A stretch of 64,000 nt of DNA from assembly GCA_021816955.1 (NCBI GenBank), contig JAKAWP010000002.1, positions 37 to 64,036 on the forward strand, written 5' to 3'. Below, piece by piece: positions 44,057 through 54,114 of the stretch. Made by a program: the position numbers and the translations under genes. Every line of letters begins with the position of its first letter. Position 1 is the stretch's first letter. Source of the stretch: Thermoplasmata archaeon (GTDB lineage Archaea > Thermoplasmatota > Thermoplasmata > Lutacidiplasmatales > UBA184). The notes beneath the pieces were generated by a model. That model had not been told where the DNA came from and ran no database searches. It was given only the letters and a program-made list of their open reading frames with translations.

Positions 44057-46519
44057 CTATCGAGCGGGGCCCGATCGGTTCCGAGCCGGGCCTTTCGCCC
44101 GGGCTTCGAGACGGGCGACCAGCCGCTCGGCGACCTCGAGGGTCGCGAGGCCGTTCGCGATGCCGCGCTTCGCTTCGGGGTAGTCGCGCTCCCGGAAGAA
44201 CTGCTTCACGGCCGGTCCGTGGGCCAACCCGAGGAGGGGGAGCGAGAGACGGAGCAGCTCGGCGAGCATCGACGTGCCCCGGAGCTTTTCGTTGATCTCG
44301 TCCATGTGCTCGGCGACCCACGGCCAGGCCACCGGGCGCGCGACCGGGTTCGCCGCCGCCTCGATCACGACGCGGTACATGTGGCCCCGGTTCATCACTC
44401 CCGAGAGCGCGAGGCCGAGGGCGTCTCGGACCCGGTCGACGTCGGAGTTCGCCGCCATCGCGACTTCGAGCGAGAGCGCCTCGCTCTCGGGGGGGTTGCG
44501 GCCGAGAGCCGTCTTCAGCTCCTGGAAGCCGCGGCTCCCCTCGACCCGCGAGCGCGCCCGGGCCACGGCCGCCCGGACGTTCGGGTCGATCCGCTCCCAC
44601 GACGGGAACAGCTCGGAGAGCGTCCGAGCGTAGCCGAAGTCGGCCTCCACGCGCGCGATCGCCACGGTCTCGCGCAACGCCCCGTCGCTCGTCGACTCGC
44701 CCGGTCTCGGCTCGATCCCGAGCCGGTCGGCCTGACGGGCGAGGAACGTTCGGGCGAGGTCGGCGACTTCGGGAAGGTGGCCGGCCCAATGGTACAGCTG
44801 CGCGAGGGCGCCCGTCGCCGTGCTCACGAGCGGGAAGTCGGTCGCGTCGAGCGAGGCGTTCACGAACGCGCGGAACCGGTCGAAGTCGAGGTCGCCCGAG
44901 AGCAGGAACGCGTAGGCGTCATCGAACAGCACGAACCGATCCCCGAACGAGCGGGCGGAGAACGTCGAGAGGAGCCGGTCGTAGAGCGGCCCATCGTAGA
45001 GCGTCCGGTAGAACCCCGAGGCGCCCTGGTTGAGGTGGACCGTCGCCCCGTTCGGGACCGACAGCTGTCGGCTCGGGGAGTCGAACAGGATCCGCTCGGT
45101 CCGGTCGTTCACGGCGACGACCATCGGGATCGGCCACGTCTCCCGGTTCGGACGCCGGTCGTAGGAGAACCGCTCTTGGGCGAGGGTGATCCCCTCGGCC
45201 GTCGACGTCGCCCGGACGACCGGAAGGCCCGGCCGTTCCGTCCACGCCTTCAGGATCGTCGAGATCGGCTCGCCCGACGTCCGGTCGAGCGCCTCCCAGA
45301 GGTCCGTCGATCGGGCGTTCCCCCACGCGTGGCGGCCCAGGTAATCGGCGATCCCCGCTTGGAAGCGCTCGCGGCCGAGATACCCCTCGATCATGCGGAG
45401 CACGCTCGCGCCCTTCGTATAGGAGATCAGGTCGACGGCCTCGCTGATCTCGGCGGGTCGGGCGACCGGGACGATGATCGGGTGCGTCGACGGCAGGGAG
45501 TCGAGCATCGTTCCCCGGCGGAACCAGTAGAGCAGGAAGTCTTCCGGGCTGTGAAGCTCGGGGTACTCCTGATCGATGATGACGTGCTCGAGGAACGTCG
45601 CAAAGCTCTCGTTGAGCCAGATATCGGTCCACCAGTACGGCGTGACCAGGTTGCCGAACCACTGGTGGGCGACCTCGTGGGCGATCGTGTGGAACGTGTA
45701 GCGCATCTCGCCGGCCGGCGTCTTCGGGCCGATCAAAAGCTGCAACTCCCGGAACGTGATCGCCCCCCAGTTCTCCATCGCGCCAAACGGAAACTCCGGT
45801 ACGGCGATCAGGTCGAGCTTCGGCAAGGGGTACGGCAGGCGGTAGTAGCGCTCGAGTGCCGACAACGAGCGGCGGGCGACCTCGAGTGCGGTCTGACCTT
45901 CTCCCGAGCGGCCCGGCGGGGTCAGCACGCTGATCGACACCGAACCGGCGTTCTCGCTCCGTCGCTCGAACCTTCCGACCCCGAGGTAGAACAGGTACGT
46001 CGCCATCGGGGGGGTCGTCGCGAAGCTCCAGCGCCGACGCGCGCCGGCGGCCGTCACCCCGTCCGCGGGCGTGTTGAAGACGACGTCGACGTTTGCGTCC
46101 GCTTCCACGGTCACGTGGAATCGCGCCTTGCGGTCCGGCCGGTCGACGCACGGGAAGATCATCCGCGCGCCGGTCGGCTCGCACTGAGTCGTGAGGATGT
46201 ACGACGAGCCGAACCGGGACTTGTAGAGCCCCATCAAGCCGTCCTTCACCGTCCCGTGGAAGTCGACGACGACGCGCGCGCGGCCGTGCACGGGCGCCTC
46301 GAGCGTCACCTGCTCGTCCTCGGGGTGGAACGTCCAGGGCGCGGGCGACCCTCCGACCGTCGCCCGGTCGATCTCGAGGCCGACCGAGTCGAGGGGGACC
46401 GCCGGCCCGTCCCCGACCACGTCAAACTCCACGCTCCCACTCCAGGCGAGTCGAGCGAAATCGACGTTCAGGTTCAATCGGTACTCCGAGACGTTGTACG
46501 GGTACGCGGGTTCGGTCAT
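44057..46519 (-). CDS. M1-family aminopeptidase (aminopeptidase N / tricorn-interacting factor F2/F3-like)
   Basis: 'GAMENWG' exopeptidase motif and 'HEVAHQWFGNLVTPYWWTDIWLNESFA' (HExxH+E). I chose the start MTEPAYPY (ATG 46517-46519); the upstream 86 codons are Arg-rich. Confidence 0.9.
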   Translation of the reverse strand: MTEPAYPYNVSEYRLNLNVDFARLAWSGSVEFDVVGDGPAVPLDSVGLEIDRATVGGSPAPWTFHPEDEQVTLEAPVHGRARVVVDFHGTVKDGLMGLYKSRFGSSYILTTQCEPTGARMIFPCVDRPDRKARFHVTVEADANVDVVFNTPADGVTAAGARRRWSFATTPPMATYLFYLGVGRFERRSENAGSVSISVLTPPGRSGEGQTALEVARRSLSALERYYRLPYPLPKLDLIAVPEFPFGAMENWGAITFRELQLLIGPKTPAGEMRYTFHTIAHEVAHQWFGNLVTPYWWTDIWLNESFATFLEHVIIDQEYPELHSPEDFLLYWFRRGTMLDSLPSTHPIIVPVARPAEISEAVDLISYTKGASVLRMIEGYLGRERFQAGIADYLGRHAWGNARSTDLWEALDRTSGEPISTILKAWTERPGLPVVRATSTAEGITLAQERFSYDRRPNRETWPIPMVVAVNDRTERILFDSPSRQLSVPNGATVHLNQGASGFYRTLYDGPLYDRLLSTFSARSFGDRFVLFDDAYAFLLSGDLDFDRFRAFVNASLDATDFPLVSTATGALAQLYHWAGHLPEVADLARTFLARQADRLGIEPRPGESTSDGALRETVAIARVEADFGYARTLSELFPSWERIDPNVRAAVARARSRVEGSRGFQELKTALGRNPPESEALSLEVAMAANSDVDRVRDALGLALSGVMNRGHMYRVVIEAAANPVARPVAWPWVAEHMDEINEKLRGTSMLAELLRLSLPLLGLAHGPAVKQFFRERDYPEAKRGIANGLATLEVAERLVARLEARAKGPARNRSGPAR

Positions 46520-46623
46520 GGCCGTCTCCGTTCCCCGTAGCTCGACCGGCGGATGAGGCTTAGGGAGAAGATCGCCCCGGTTCGGTAAGTACCGGCTCGA
46601 CTCTCCCGACCCCGGAGGGCCCC

Positions 46624-47244
46624 GTGAAGATCGGTCTGTTGGGCACTGGTACGATCGCCCGGGTGCTCGGGAACGGGTGGGCCCGGGCCGGCCACGAGGT
46701 CGTCCTCGGTTCGCGACGACCTGCCGCGTCGGTCGCCGGGCGATCGGTCGTGAGCCTCGACGAGGCGGTGCGCACAAGCGAGGTCGTCGTCTTCGCGGTT
46801 CCTCACGCGGCCGTCCGCGAGATTGTCGCCGCGGTCGGTCCGTCGAACTTCTCCGGCCGGACGGTCGTCGATGTCACGAACATCTACACGAGCGATTTCG
46901 AGTGGGCGTACGGGTTCTCCACGTCGGGCGCGGAGGAGCTTCAGCGGGCCGCGCCCCGGGCGCGCGTCGTGAAGGCGTTCAATACGGTCTTCGCGGAGCA
47001 TCTCGAATCGGGGAAGGTCGGCGGAGAGCCCGCGACTACGTTCGTCGCCGCCGACGACGCGAACGCGAAGGCGACTGTCCTCCGACTCGCCCGCGATCTC
47101 GGCCTCGACCCGATCGATGCGGGGGAGCTCCGACGCGCCCGCTACCTCGAGGCGGCCGGCCTTCTCCTCCTCCACCTCGCGATCAAGCAGCGGCTCGGCG
47201 GGGGGATCGGCCTTCAGATTCGCCGGGAGGCCCCGCGATCGTGA
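46624..47244 (+). CDS. NADP oxidoreductase, coenzyme F420-dependent family (NpdG-like)
   Basis: Rossmann N-terminus 'MKIGLLGTGTIARVLGNGWARAGHEVVLGSRRP', 'VVVFAVPHAAV', 'VVKAFNTV', 'DDANAKATVLRLARDLGLDPIDAG'. GTG start. Confidence 0.7.
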   Translation: MKIGLLGTGTIARVLGNGWARAGHEVVLGSRRPAASVAGRSVVSLDEAVRTSEVVVFAVPHAAVREIVAAVGPSNFSGRTVVDVTNIYTSDFEWAYGFSTSGAEELQRAAPRARVVKAFNTVFAEHLESGKVGGEPATTFVAADDANAKATVLRLARDLGLDPIDAGELRRARYLEAAGLLLLHLAIKQRLGGGIGLQIRREAPRS

Positions 47245-47286
47245 TCCCATCTCCCGAGGTTTCTCGGCGCTATCGACTCGAGAAAG

Positions 47287-47294
47287 TTAAATAG
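47287..47294 (+). promoter_or_regulatory. TATA box (ttaaatag) upstream of the 5S rRNA gene
   Basis: The 'agaaag-TTAAATAG' block starts 28 nt upstream of the predicted 5S 5' end and is the only A/T block in the spacer. Confidence 0.45.
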
Positions 47295-47314
47295 CGCGAC
47301 CCGGTGCAACGCCC

Positions 47315-47437
47315 GGCTGACGGCCAAAGCGGTGGGGAAACACCCGGTCCCATTCCGAACCCGGCAGTTAAGCCCACCGGCGTTCCGCGCGGTACTGAAG
47401 TGCGCGAGCCTACGGGAACCGCGGAAAGCTGTCAGCC
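47315..47437 (+). rRNA. rrf: 5S ribosomal RNA (stand-alone; no 16S/23S in the window)
   Basis: Helix I ggctgacgg / ctgtcagcc. Conserved 'cccattccgaacccgg' and 'agttaagc' blocks. 123 nt. Confidence 0.85.
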
Positions 47438-47522
47438 TCCCCCGACATCGGAACCGCGACCGGGCGTCGGGCAGCGCCGATCGACGAGGAATCGGTAACA
47501 GGCCCTCAAGGTCGACCGCTCG

Positions 47523-48230
47523 ATGACGGCTCCCGCGCGCGTGACGGTCGAGAACACGGCGGTCCGACGGGTCGCCGTCGGGGCCGGGTTGGGGCTCATC
47601 GGTGGGTTGATCGCCCTCGCGGCGCCGGCGCTCCTCGCGAACGAGCTGCTGAACGCCGCCGGGCCGATCGGCGCTCGCTCGATCACGACGGACGGGAGCC
47701 TCGTGGCGATCGGCGCGGTCGCGCTCGTCGGCTCGTTCTTCTTCTACGGGCGCGGATTCGCCGCGTGGCAGGACGTCGACCGAAGTTTCCGGGCGGCCAC
47801 GGTGCTCGTCGCGGTCGGGTCGTTGGGCGCCCTCGTCCTGGTGGTGGCGGCCGTCGTGGTCGTCTCGTCTCCGTCCGCGATCGCCGCCTGCCTTGCCGGC
47901 GATCTGACGCGCGCCCTTCCCTGCGTGTACGGCGCCTCCCCGCTCGGACGTGCGACCACGATCGCAATCTTCGCGGGCGAGATGGTCGGCGCCGCGGGGC
48001 TCGTGCTCGGCCTGCTCCGGGCGGCCCGCCACCTTCGTTCGCCGTGGATGGCCGCGGGGGGAGTCACGTACGGCGCGGTCCTCGGCACGCTCCTCTACCT
48101 CCTTGTGCCGGGGGGAACTCCGTTCGGTCCGGTGCCCGTGAGCGCCGGCGGAACGCTCGCCGGGCTCGCTGTGCTCGCTCCGATCTTTGTCTGGGCGGGA
48201 GACCGTCGCTATCGCCGGGTGCGGCGCTAG
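47523..48230 (+). CDS. Integral membrane protein (235 aa), unknown function
   Basis: Multiple TM helices (VGAGLGLIGGLIALAAPALL, LVAIGAVALVGSFFFY, VLVAVGSLGALVLVVAAVVVV, and others). Confidence 0.55.
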   Translation: MTAPARVTVENTAVRRVAVGAGLGLIGGLIALAAPALLANELLNAAGPIGARSITTDGSLVAIGAVALVGSFFFYGRGFAAWQDVDRSFRAATVLVAVGSLGALVLVVAAVVVVSSPSAIAACLAGDLTRALPCVYGASPLGRATTIAIFAGEMVGAAGLVLGLLRAARHLRSPWMAAGGVTYGAVLGTLLYLLVPGGTPFGPVPVSAGGTLAGLAVLAPIFVWAGDRRYRRVRR

Positions 48231-48333
48231 GGCGCCGCGCGCCCGGTCCGATGGTCCAGCGGAACCGGAGCTCCGACAGGATCCGGCCGAGCGAGCGGGC
48301 GAGGCTTAAGGCCCTGTTCGGGGTCCGGTCCCC

Positions 48334-49254
48334 GTGTACCTCGGCGCCCATCTCGGGATCGCGGACGGTCTTGACCAGGCGGTCCGCGCGGCCCGCGAGA
48401 TCGGTTGCGACTCCCTGCAGATCTTTTCGAAGAGCCCCCAGATGTGGTCCGGCCCCCCGCTGCCCGCCGACGGCGTCGAGCGGTTCCGTCGGGCCGTGAG
48501 CGAGTTCGGACTCCAAGCGACGGCGGTCCATCACGGCTATCTCGCGAACCTCGCGAGCCCGAAGCCGGCCGGTCTCCGCCAGTCCGTGAACGCCCTGCGG
48601 GACGAACTCGAGCGGGCCCGGGCGCTCGGCGTGGACGCGCTGATCCTCCACCCCGGCGCGCATCTCGGCTCGGGCGTCGACGCCGGGGTCAAGCAGATCA
48701 CGAAGACGCTGAACACGATCTTCGAAGCGACGCCCGACGGGACCCCTCGCCTCCTGCTCGAGAACGCCGCCGGCCAGGGATCGACGATCGGGAGCCGCTT
48801 CGAAGAGCTTGCCTCGATCCTGAGCGGGATCACGGACCGCTCGCGGGTCGGCATCACGCTCGACACCTGCCACCTGTTCGCGGCCGGTTACGATTTTCGG
48901 ACCGACGAAACGTACGGCGAAGTGATCGACGCGATCGGCTCGACGTTCGGGCTCTCGGAGGTCCGCGCCTTCCACCTGAACGACTCGAAGCAGGGGCTCG
49001 GGAGCCACCTCGACCGCCACGAGAATATCGGCCGGGGGGCGATCGGTCTCGCCGGGTTTATCCCGTGGCTGAACGACCGCCGGTGGGCCCGGGTACCGGG
49101 ATTCCTCGAAACTCCGCTCGACGACCGCGGCTACGCGCGCTACGCGGAAGACCTGACGACGCTCCGCAGCCTCCTCGCCGCGCCGCCGGCCGCTCGCCGA
49201 TCGTCGCGGGGCCGTTCGCTCGGCCGCTCCCGGGAGGCGGCGCGGGGGACGTGA
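48334..49254 (+). CDS. nfo: Endonuclease IV (deoxyribonuclease IV)
   Basis: 'LGAHLGIADGL', 'SLQIFSKSPQMW', 'VHHGYLANLASP', 'ILHPGAHLG', 'LENAAGQGSTIG', 'TLDTCHLFAAGYD', 'FHLNDSK', 'DRHENIGRG'. GTG start with an Arg-rich tail. Confidence 0.85.
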   Translation: MYLGAHLGIADGLDQAVRAAREIGCDSLQIFSKSPQMWSGPPLPADGVERFRRAVSEFGLQATAVHHGYLANLASPKPAGLRQSVNALRDELERARALGVDALILHPGAHLGSGVDAGVKQITKTLNTIFEATPDGTPRLLLENAAGQGSTIGSRFEELASILSGITDRSRVGITLDTCHLFAAGYDFRTDETYGEVIDAIGSTFGLSEVRAFHLNDSKQGLGSHLDRHENIGRGAIGLAGFIPWLNDRRWARVPGFLETPLDDRGYARYAEDLTTLRSLLAAPPAARRSSRGRSLGRSREAARGT

Positions 49255-49270
49255 CGGCCGGGCCGCTCGG

Positions 49271-50425
49271 GTGACCATGGGGGGCGGAGCGGCGGCCGTA
49301 TCCGACGGCGGAGCCGACCGGGAGGCCATGCTGCGGCGCTGGGGAAGCGCGGGCTGGGCGTACGTCCGTTCGCACACCCACCCCGAGACCGGCCTCGTCG
49401 CGTCGACCGAGACGTTTCCGTTCGTGACCCTCTGGGACGTTGCCAACCTGCTTCTCGCGATCTCGTCCGCCGAACGGCTCGGCTTCGAGCGCCCCGCGAC
49501 CGTCCAAGCCCGGGCCGAGCGGGCCCTCGAAAGCGTGAGCCGGCTCCCGCAGGTGGAGCACGAGGGGGCGCGGCTTCCGAACCAGTTCGCCCGGTACGAC
49601 ACCCTCGCACCGGCCGACGCCACGGGCGCGTCCCCGGGCACGCCCGCCTGGAGCGCGACCGATATCGGCTGGTACCTCTTGGCGACCTCGTGGCTCGCCG
49701 AGCGCCACCCGGCCTGGCGGCGGGCGATCGAGGCGAGCCGGGCGTCGTGGAACGTCGAACCGAGCCTCTCGGACGGCGCCATCGAAGGCTGGCGCGCCGA
49801 CCGTGGCCGGTTCCACGAGGGACGATACCCGTACGGCGTCCTCGCGAGCGCGGGGTATCGGGCCGCGGGGTTTCGCGTCGGGACGGAGCCCCGGCTCGAA
49901 GCCGTGCGGCTGTACGGCCAGGACGTCCACTGGGAACGGCACGGGCTCACGACGGCGGAGCCGTTCCTCCTCTCGGCGTTGCTCGAAGCGCGAGCCGACG
50001 CGTTCGGCCTCGCCGACTCGTGGGATGCGATCGCCCGCGTCCAGGAGGCCCGGGCCGCGGCGACCGGCGTTCCGACCGCCGCGAGCGAGACGCCGCTCGA
50101 CGTCGCGCCGTACTACGCCTACTTCTGCACCGTCTCCGGCCACGAGAGCGCCCCGGGCGTGCCGTTCGTGATCGTCGCGGACGGCCGCCCCCAGCCGGCG
50201 GCGGGCGGCCTCCAGGTCGTCGCGAGTCGGGTCGTCGCCGCGGGGCTCGCCACGACGTCGAGCGATTACTGGGCGCAGCTCGCGGCCGCGATCGATCCGC
50301 TCGTTTGCTCGCCCGACGGGCTGTCGACCGGCGTCTACGCGGTCGGGGCGTACCCGCTGCGCGTCCGCGATCTCAACTCGAACGCCCTCGCGGTGGCGTT
50401 CGCAGCGCTCCGCGCCCGGGCGTGA
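49271..50425 (+). CDS. Hypothetical protein (384 aa); possibly an (alpha/alpha)-barrel glycosidase-like/DUF3131-like fold
   Basis: Natural composition with Trp/Tyr-rich helical repeats (TLWDVANLLLAISSAERLG, WSATDIGWYLLATSWLAE). The family assignment comes from weak recollection only. Confidence 0.5.
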   Translation: MTMGGGAAAVSDGGADREAMLRRWGSAGWAYVRSHTHPETGLVASTETFPFVTLWDVANLLLAISSAERLGFERPATVQARAERALESVSRLPQVEHEGARLPNQFARYDTLAPADATGASPGTPAWSATDIGWYLLATSWLAERHPAWRRAIEASRASWNVEPSLSDGAIEGWRADRGRFHEGRYPYGVLASAGYRAAGFRVGTEPRLEAVRLYGQDVHWERHGLTTAEPFLLSALLEARADAFGLADSWDAIARVQEARAAATGVPTAASETPLDVAPYYAYFCTVSGHESAPGVPFVIVADGRPQPAAGGLQVVASRVVAAGLATTSSDYWAQLAAAIDPLVCSPDGLSTGVYAVGAYPLRVRDLNSNALAVAFAALRARA

Positions 50426-50517
50426 TCCGGGGCGATCGGGGCCGGCGCGCCGCCGGCGGGGCGGCCGCGCGGCCGGCGCAACCTCAAATAAGCCCCCCGG
50501 CGTGGTCTCGCCCGCCG

Positions 50518-51357
50518 ATGGTCGACGACGCTCCCGGGGAACTCGTCCGGTCGCTCGAGAGGACGGCGCGGGAGATCCGACGGGACGTGATCCGAATGCT
50601 GGCCGAGGCGGGCAGCGGCCATCCCGGCGGGAGTCTGTCGATGACCGACCTGATCACCGCGCTCGTCTTCCACGAGCTCCGGATCGACCCCGCGCATCCC
50701 GACGAGCCGAATCGCGATCGCCTCGTCCTATCGAAGGGTCACGCGGCGCCCGCGCTCTACGCCGCCCTCGCCCATCGGGGCTACCTGCCCCACGACGAAC
50801 TCTTCACGCTCCGCCGCCTCGGCAGCCGGCTCCAGGGGCACGCCGACCGCAACAAGCTCCCGTGCATCGAGGCGTCGACCGGCTGTCTCGGCCAGGGGAT
50901 TGGGATGGCCGTCGGCATGGCGCTCGATGCCCGGCTCGCGGGCCGGCCGAGCCGAATCTACACGATCATCGGCGACGGCGAGTGCCAAGCCGGTCCGACC
51001 TGGGAGGCGCTCATGGCCGGCGGCCACTACCGGCTCTCGAACCTCACCGTGATCCTCGACCGCAACGGGCTCGAGACCGACGGGCCGACCGAGTCGATCC
51101 TCGGGATCGAGCCGGTCGCGGAGAAGTTCCGGGCGTTTCGCTACCACACGGTCGAGATCGACGGTCACCGATTCCCGGAGATCTTGGGCGCCCTCGAGGC
51201 GGCGCGGCGCCGGACGGACGGACCGACGGCGATCGTGGCGAAGACGATCAAGGGCAAGGGGGTCTCGTTCATGGAGAACCAGCACGCGTGGCACGGGAAG
51301 GCGCCGAGCCGGGAGGAGGCGGAGCGGGCGCTCGCGGAGCTCCCGCCCCTGCCGTAG
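50518..51357 (+). CDS. Transketolase, N-terminal (TPP-binding) subunit
   Basis: 'GSGHPGGSLSMTDL', 'DRLVLSKGHAAPALYA', 'STGCLGQGIGMAVGMA', 'IGDGECQAGPTWEA', 'LDRNGLETDG'. Uses the internal ATG of the 555-aa track ORF. Confidence 0.9.
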   Translation: MVDDAPGELVRSLERTAREIRRDVIRMLAEAGSGHPGGSLSMTDLITALVFHELRIDPAHPDEPNRDRLVLSKGHAAPALYAALAHRGYLPHDELFTLRRLGSRLQGHADRNKLPCIEASTGCLGQGIGMAVGMALDARLAGRPSRIYTIIGDGECQAGPTWEALMAGGHYRLSNLTVILDRNGLETDGPTESILGIEPVAEKFRAFRYHTVEIDGHRFPEILGALEAARRRTDGPTAIVAKTIKGKGVSFMENQHAWHGKAPSREEAERALAELPPLP

Positions 51358-51363
51358 GGAACG

Positions 51364-52329
51364 ATGGGCGCGTTCGGCTCGCCGGCCCCGAAACCCGAGA
51401 GCCTCCGGGACGCTTACGGGCGGACGCTCGTGGAGCTCGGCGAGGCCGACCCGACGATGGTCGTCCTCGACGCCGACCTGTCGGGCTCGACGCGCACGTC
51501 GCTCTTCGGCAAGCGGTTCCCGGACCGGTTCTTCAACGTCGGGGTGATGGAGCCGACGATGATGACGATCGCCGCGGGTCTCGCGCTGAGCGGCCGGACC
51601 GTCTTCGCGAGCACGTTCGCGGTCTTCGCCGCCGGCCAGGCGTACAATCAGGTCCGCCAGGCGATCTGCTACAACCAGGCGAACGTGAAGATCGGGGCGA
51701 CCCACGGAGGGCTCACGGTCGGGCCCGATGGGGCGACCCACCAGATCGTGGAAGATATCGGCCTGATGCGGGGGCTCCCGCGCATGACCGTCGTCGTGCC
51801 GGGAGACGCGCCGACGACCGCGGCGGCGACGCGCGCGATCGCGGAGACCCCGGGACCCGCGTACCTCCGAATGCCCCGGGAGAACCTGATGACGGTCACG
51901 GACGGGGCGTTCCGGCTCGGACGGGCGAACGAGCTCGCCCCCGGTAGCGACCTCACGATCGTCGCCGTCGGCGCGATGCTGGCTCCGGCGCTCGCGCTCT
52001 CCGAGCGGCTCCGGGAGAGCGGGATCGGCGCGCGGGTGCTCGACTTCGCTTCCGTGAAGCCGTACGACGCGCCGACCCTCCTTCGGGCGGCCCGGGAGAC
52101 CGGCGCGATCCTCGTCCTGGAGGAGCACACCGTCCTTACGGGGGTCGGGGCGCTCGTCGCCTCCGCCACGGCGGAGAGCTACCCCGTCCCCGTGCGCCGG
52201 GTCGGCGTGCCCGATGTTTTTGGCGAGAGCGGCGAGGCGTGGGCCGTGATGGAGCGCTACGGTCTCGGACCGGAGCGGCTCGCCGCGGAGGCGCTCGACC
52301 TCCTCCACGTGAGGGGAAAGATTTCGTAG
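51364..52329 (+). CDS. Transketolase, C-terminal (pyrimidine-binding) subunit
   Basis: '[11 protein letters not shown]', '[19 protein letters not shown]', '[19 protein letters not shown]', '[17 protein letters not shown]', 'VLEEHTV'. Confidence 0.9.
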   Translation: MGAFGSPAPKPESLRDAYGRTLVELGEADPTMVVLDADLSGSTRTSLFGKRFPDRFFNVGVMEPTMMTIAAGLALSGRTVFASTFAVFAAGQAYNQVRQAICYNQANVKIGATHGGLTVGPDGATHQIVEDIGLMRGLPRMTVVVPGDAPTTAAATRAIAETPGPAYLRMPRENLMTVTDGAFRLGRANELAPGSDLTIVAVGAMLAPALALSERLRESGIGARVLDFASVKPYDAPTLLRAARETGAILVLEEHTVLTGVGALVASATAESYPVPVRRVGVPDVFGESGEAWAVMERYGLGPERLAAEALDLLHVRGKIS

Positions 52330-52364
52330 GCGGCGGCCATGGACGACGCGCGGAGGCACGGAAC

Positions 52365-53012
52365 GTGAAGCTGTTCTTGGATACCGCGAGCGCGAAGGAG
52401 ATCCGGACGATGTGGGAGCTCGGGATCCTCGACGGGGTCACGACGAACCCGTCGCTTGTCGCGAAGGAGGGGCGACGGTTCGACGACGTGCTCCGGGAGA
52501 TCTGTGCGATCGGCGTCCCGTCGGTCTCCGCCGAGGTCGTCGCCACGGAGACGGACGGGATGGTCGCCGAAGGGCGCCGTCTGCGGGCGATCCACCCGTC
52601 GATCTACGTGAAGGTCCCGATGACGCCGGCTGGCCTCCGCGCGACGAAGATCCTCGCGGGCGAAGGGACGCGCGTCAACGTCACGCTCGTCTTCAGCGCG
52701 AACCAGGCGCTCCTCGCGGCGAAGGTCGGCGCGGCGTACGTGAGCCCGTTCATCGGGCGGCTCGACGACCAGAGCGAGGTCGGGATCGATCTCATCCGCG
52801 ACATCGTGACGATCTATCGCAACTACCGGTTCTCGACCGAGGTGCTCGTCGCGAGCGTCCGCCACCCGGTCCACGTCCTCGAGGCCGCCCAGATCGGGGC
52901 GGACATCGCGACGATGCCGTACGCCGTGATGGAAAAGCTGGTCCAGCACCCGCTCACGGAGATCGGCCTCGCGCGGTTTCTCAAGGACTGGGAGAAAGTA
53001 CCGAAGGGCTGA
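52365..53012 (+). CDS. Transaldolase / fructose-6-phosphate aldolase (short TalC/Fsa type)
   Basis: '[12 protein letters not shown]', 'GVTTNPSL', '[11 protein letters not shown]', 'VNVTLVFS', '[11 protein letters not shown]'. The GTG start is preceded by GGAGG 8 nt upstream. Confidence 0.9.
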   Translation: MKLFLDTASAKEIRTMWELGILDGVTTNPSLVAKEGRRFDDVLREICAIGVPSVSAEVVATETDGMVAEGRRLRAIHPSIYVKVPMTPAGLRATKILAGEGTRVNVTLVFSANQALLAAKVGAAYVSPFIGRLDDQSEVGIDLIRDIVTIYRNYRFSTEVLVASVRHPVHVLEAAQIGADIATMPYAVMEKLVQHPLTEIGLARFLKDWEKVPKG

Positions 53013-53189
53013 CGGACGGGCGAACGATCGGGGCGACCGGCCAGCGGATCCGGCCGGGTCGCCATCGGCGGGCGCCGGAACGGGTCGAATGGCCGTCCCC
53101 CTCCGCCGTCGCGCGGGTCCGCCGCGGGCTCCCACCGGAAAGCGTCGGGCCGCGGCGTGTTATATCCCGACAGTTCTATCCGCGCCGCG

Positions 53190-53474
53190 ATGGACGTCGC
53201 GCCGCTCCTCGAGAAGTACCTGTCGCTCACGCGCGAGGCGCTCGCGCGGGTGCGCCGGGCACCGCCCGAGCGATCGTTCCTCGCCCGCGGGAGCGAGGAC
53301 GTGCTCGCGATGGCCCGGGCCTACCTCGCCGACGCCGAGCACTTCGCGGCGAGCGGCGATGCCGCCCGCGCGCTCGCGGCCGTCAGCTATGCGCACGGCT
53401 GGATCGACGCGGGCGTCCGGCTCGGACTGTTGGACGGAGGGAACGACGATGCGCGGTTCACGCTCTACACGTAA
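53190..53474 (+). CDS. DUF357-like small helical archaeal protein
   Basis: 'MDVAPLLEKYL...AMARAYLADAEHFAASGDAARALAAVSYAHGWIDAGVRLGLL'. Family recalled from its consensus, so tentative. Confidence 0.5.
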   Translation: MDVAPLLEKYLSLTREALARVRRAPPERSFLARGSEDVLAMARAYLADAEHFAASGDAARALAAVSYAHGWIDAGVRLGLLDGGNDDARFTLYT

Positions 53475-54114
53475 CCCGTCGACGGTCGCTCGGCGATCGG
53501 CGGATCGTTTTCAGGCCGCCTTGCCGGAACAAGAGGTCCGGTCGATCCAGCGCCACCTCTCCGAGCGGGAAGCCGCCCGCCGTCAGCTCCACGACCGCGG
53601 CCGAGCGATCCGGGAGCGCGCCCGGAATCTCATGCACCAGATCCACCTCGGTCGGATCGACGACCGCGAGGTCGCCCGCCTGACCGATCAGGTCCGCGCC
53701 CTCTCCGCCGACCTTCGGCGCGAGGCGGGGGCGGACGCGGGCGTCGCGGGCGACGCCGTCCCGGAGGGTGTCGAGGCGGTCCTGCTCGCCCGCGTCGCTG
53801 CGGGCCGGCCGATCGTTGGCCCGAGCACGCTCGGCGTCGGTCCGGAGGAGTACCTCCTCGGCCTCGGCGATCTGACGGGCGAGGTTCGCCGGCTCGCGCT
53901 GAGCGCGCTCGCCCGCGGCGATCTCGATTCGGCCGAGGCGCGATTGGCGCTGCTCGACGAGCTGTTCCATACGCTGATGCGGTTCGATGCGTCCCGGGCC
54001 GTCGTCCCGCTGAAGCCGAAGCAGGACGCCGCGCGGGGGATCGTCGAACGGACGCGCGGCGACGTCGTCCTCGCCCGATACCTCGCGACCGCGTCGCCCC
54101 GGGGACGGCGATGA
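53449..54114 (+). CDS. Translin-family protein
   Basis: 'PEEYLLGLGDLTGEVRRLAL' and the helical layout are typical of translin/TRAX. The start overlaps the upstream gene by 26 nt and the stop overlaps the next ATG (ATGA at 54111-54114). Confidence 0.65.
   Translation: MRGSRSTRNPSTVARRSADRFQAALPEQEVRSIQRHLSEREAARRQLHDRGRAIRERARNLMHQIHLGRIDDREVARLTDQVRALSADLRREAGADAGVAGDAVPEGVEAVLLARVAAGRPIVGPSTLGVGPEEYLLGLGDLTGEVRRLALSALARGDLDSAEARLALLDELFHTLMRFDASRAVVPLKPKQDAARGIVERTRGDVVLARYLATASPRGRR

Noticed and set aside
48064-49950. 628-aa minus-strand ORF antisense to nfo and the following gene
   Set aside because: Nfo motifs are unambiguous on the plus strand. The antisense translation is Arg/Ala/Pro-rich junk.
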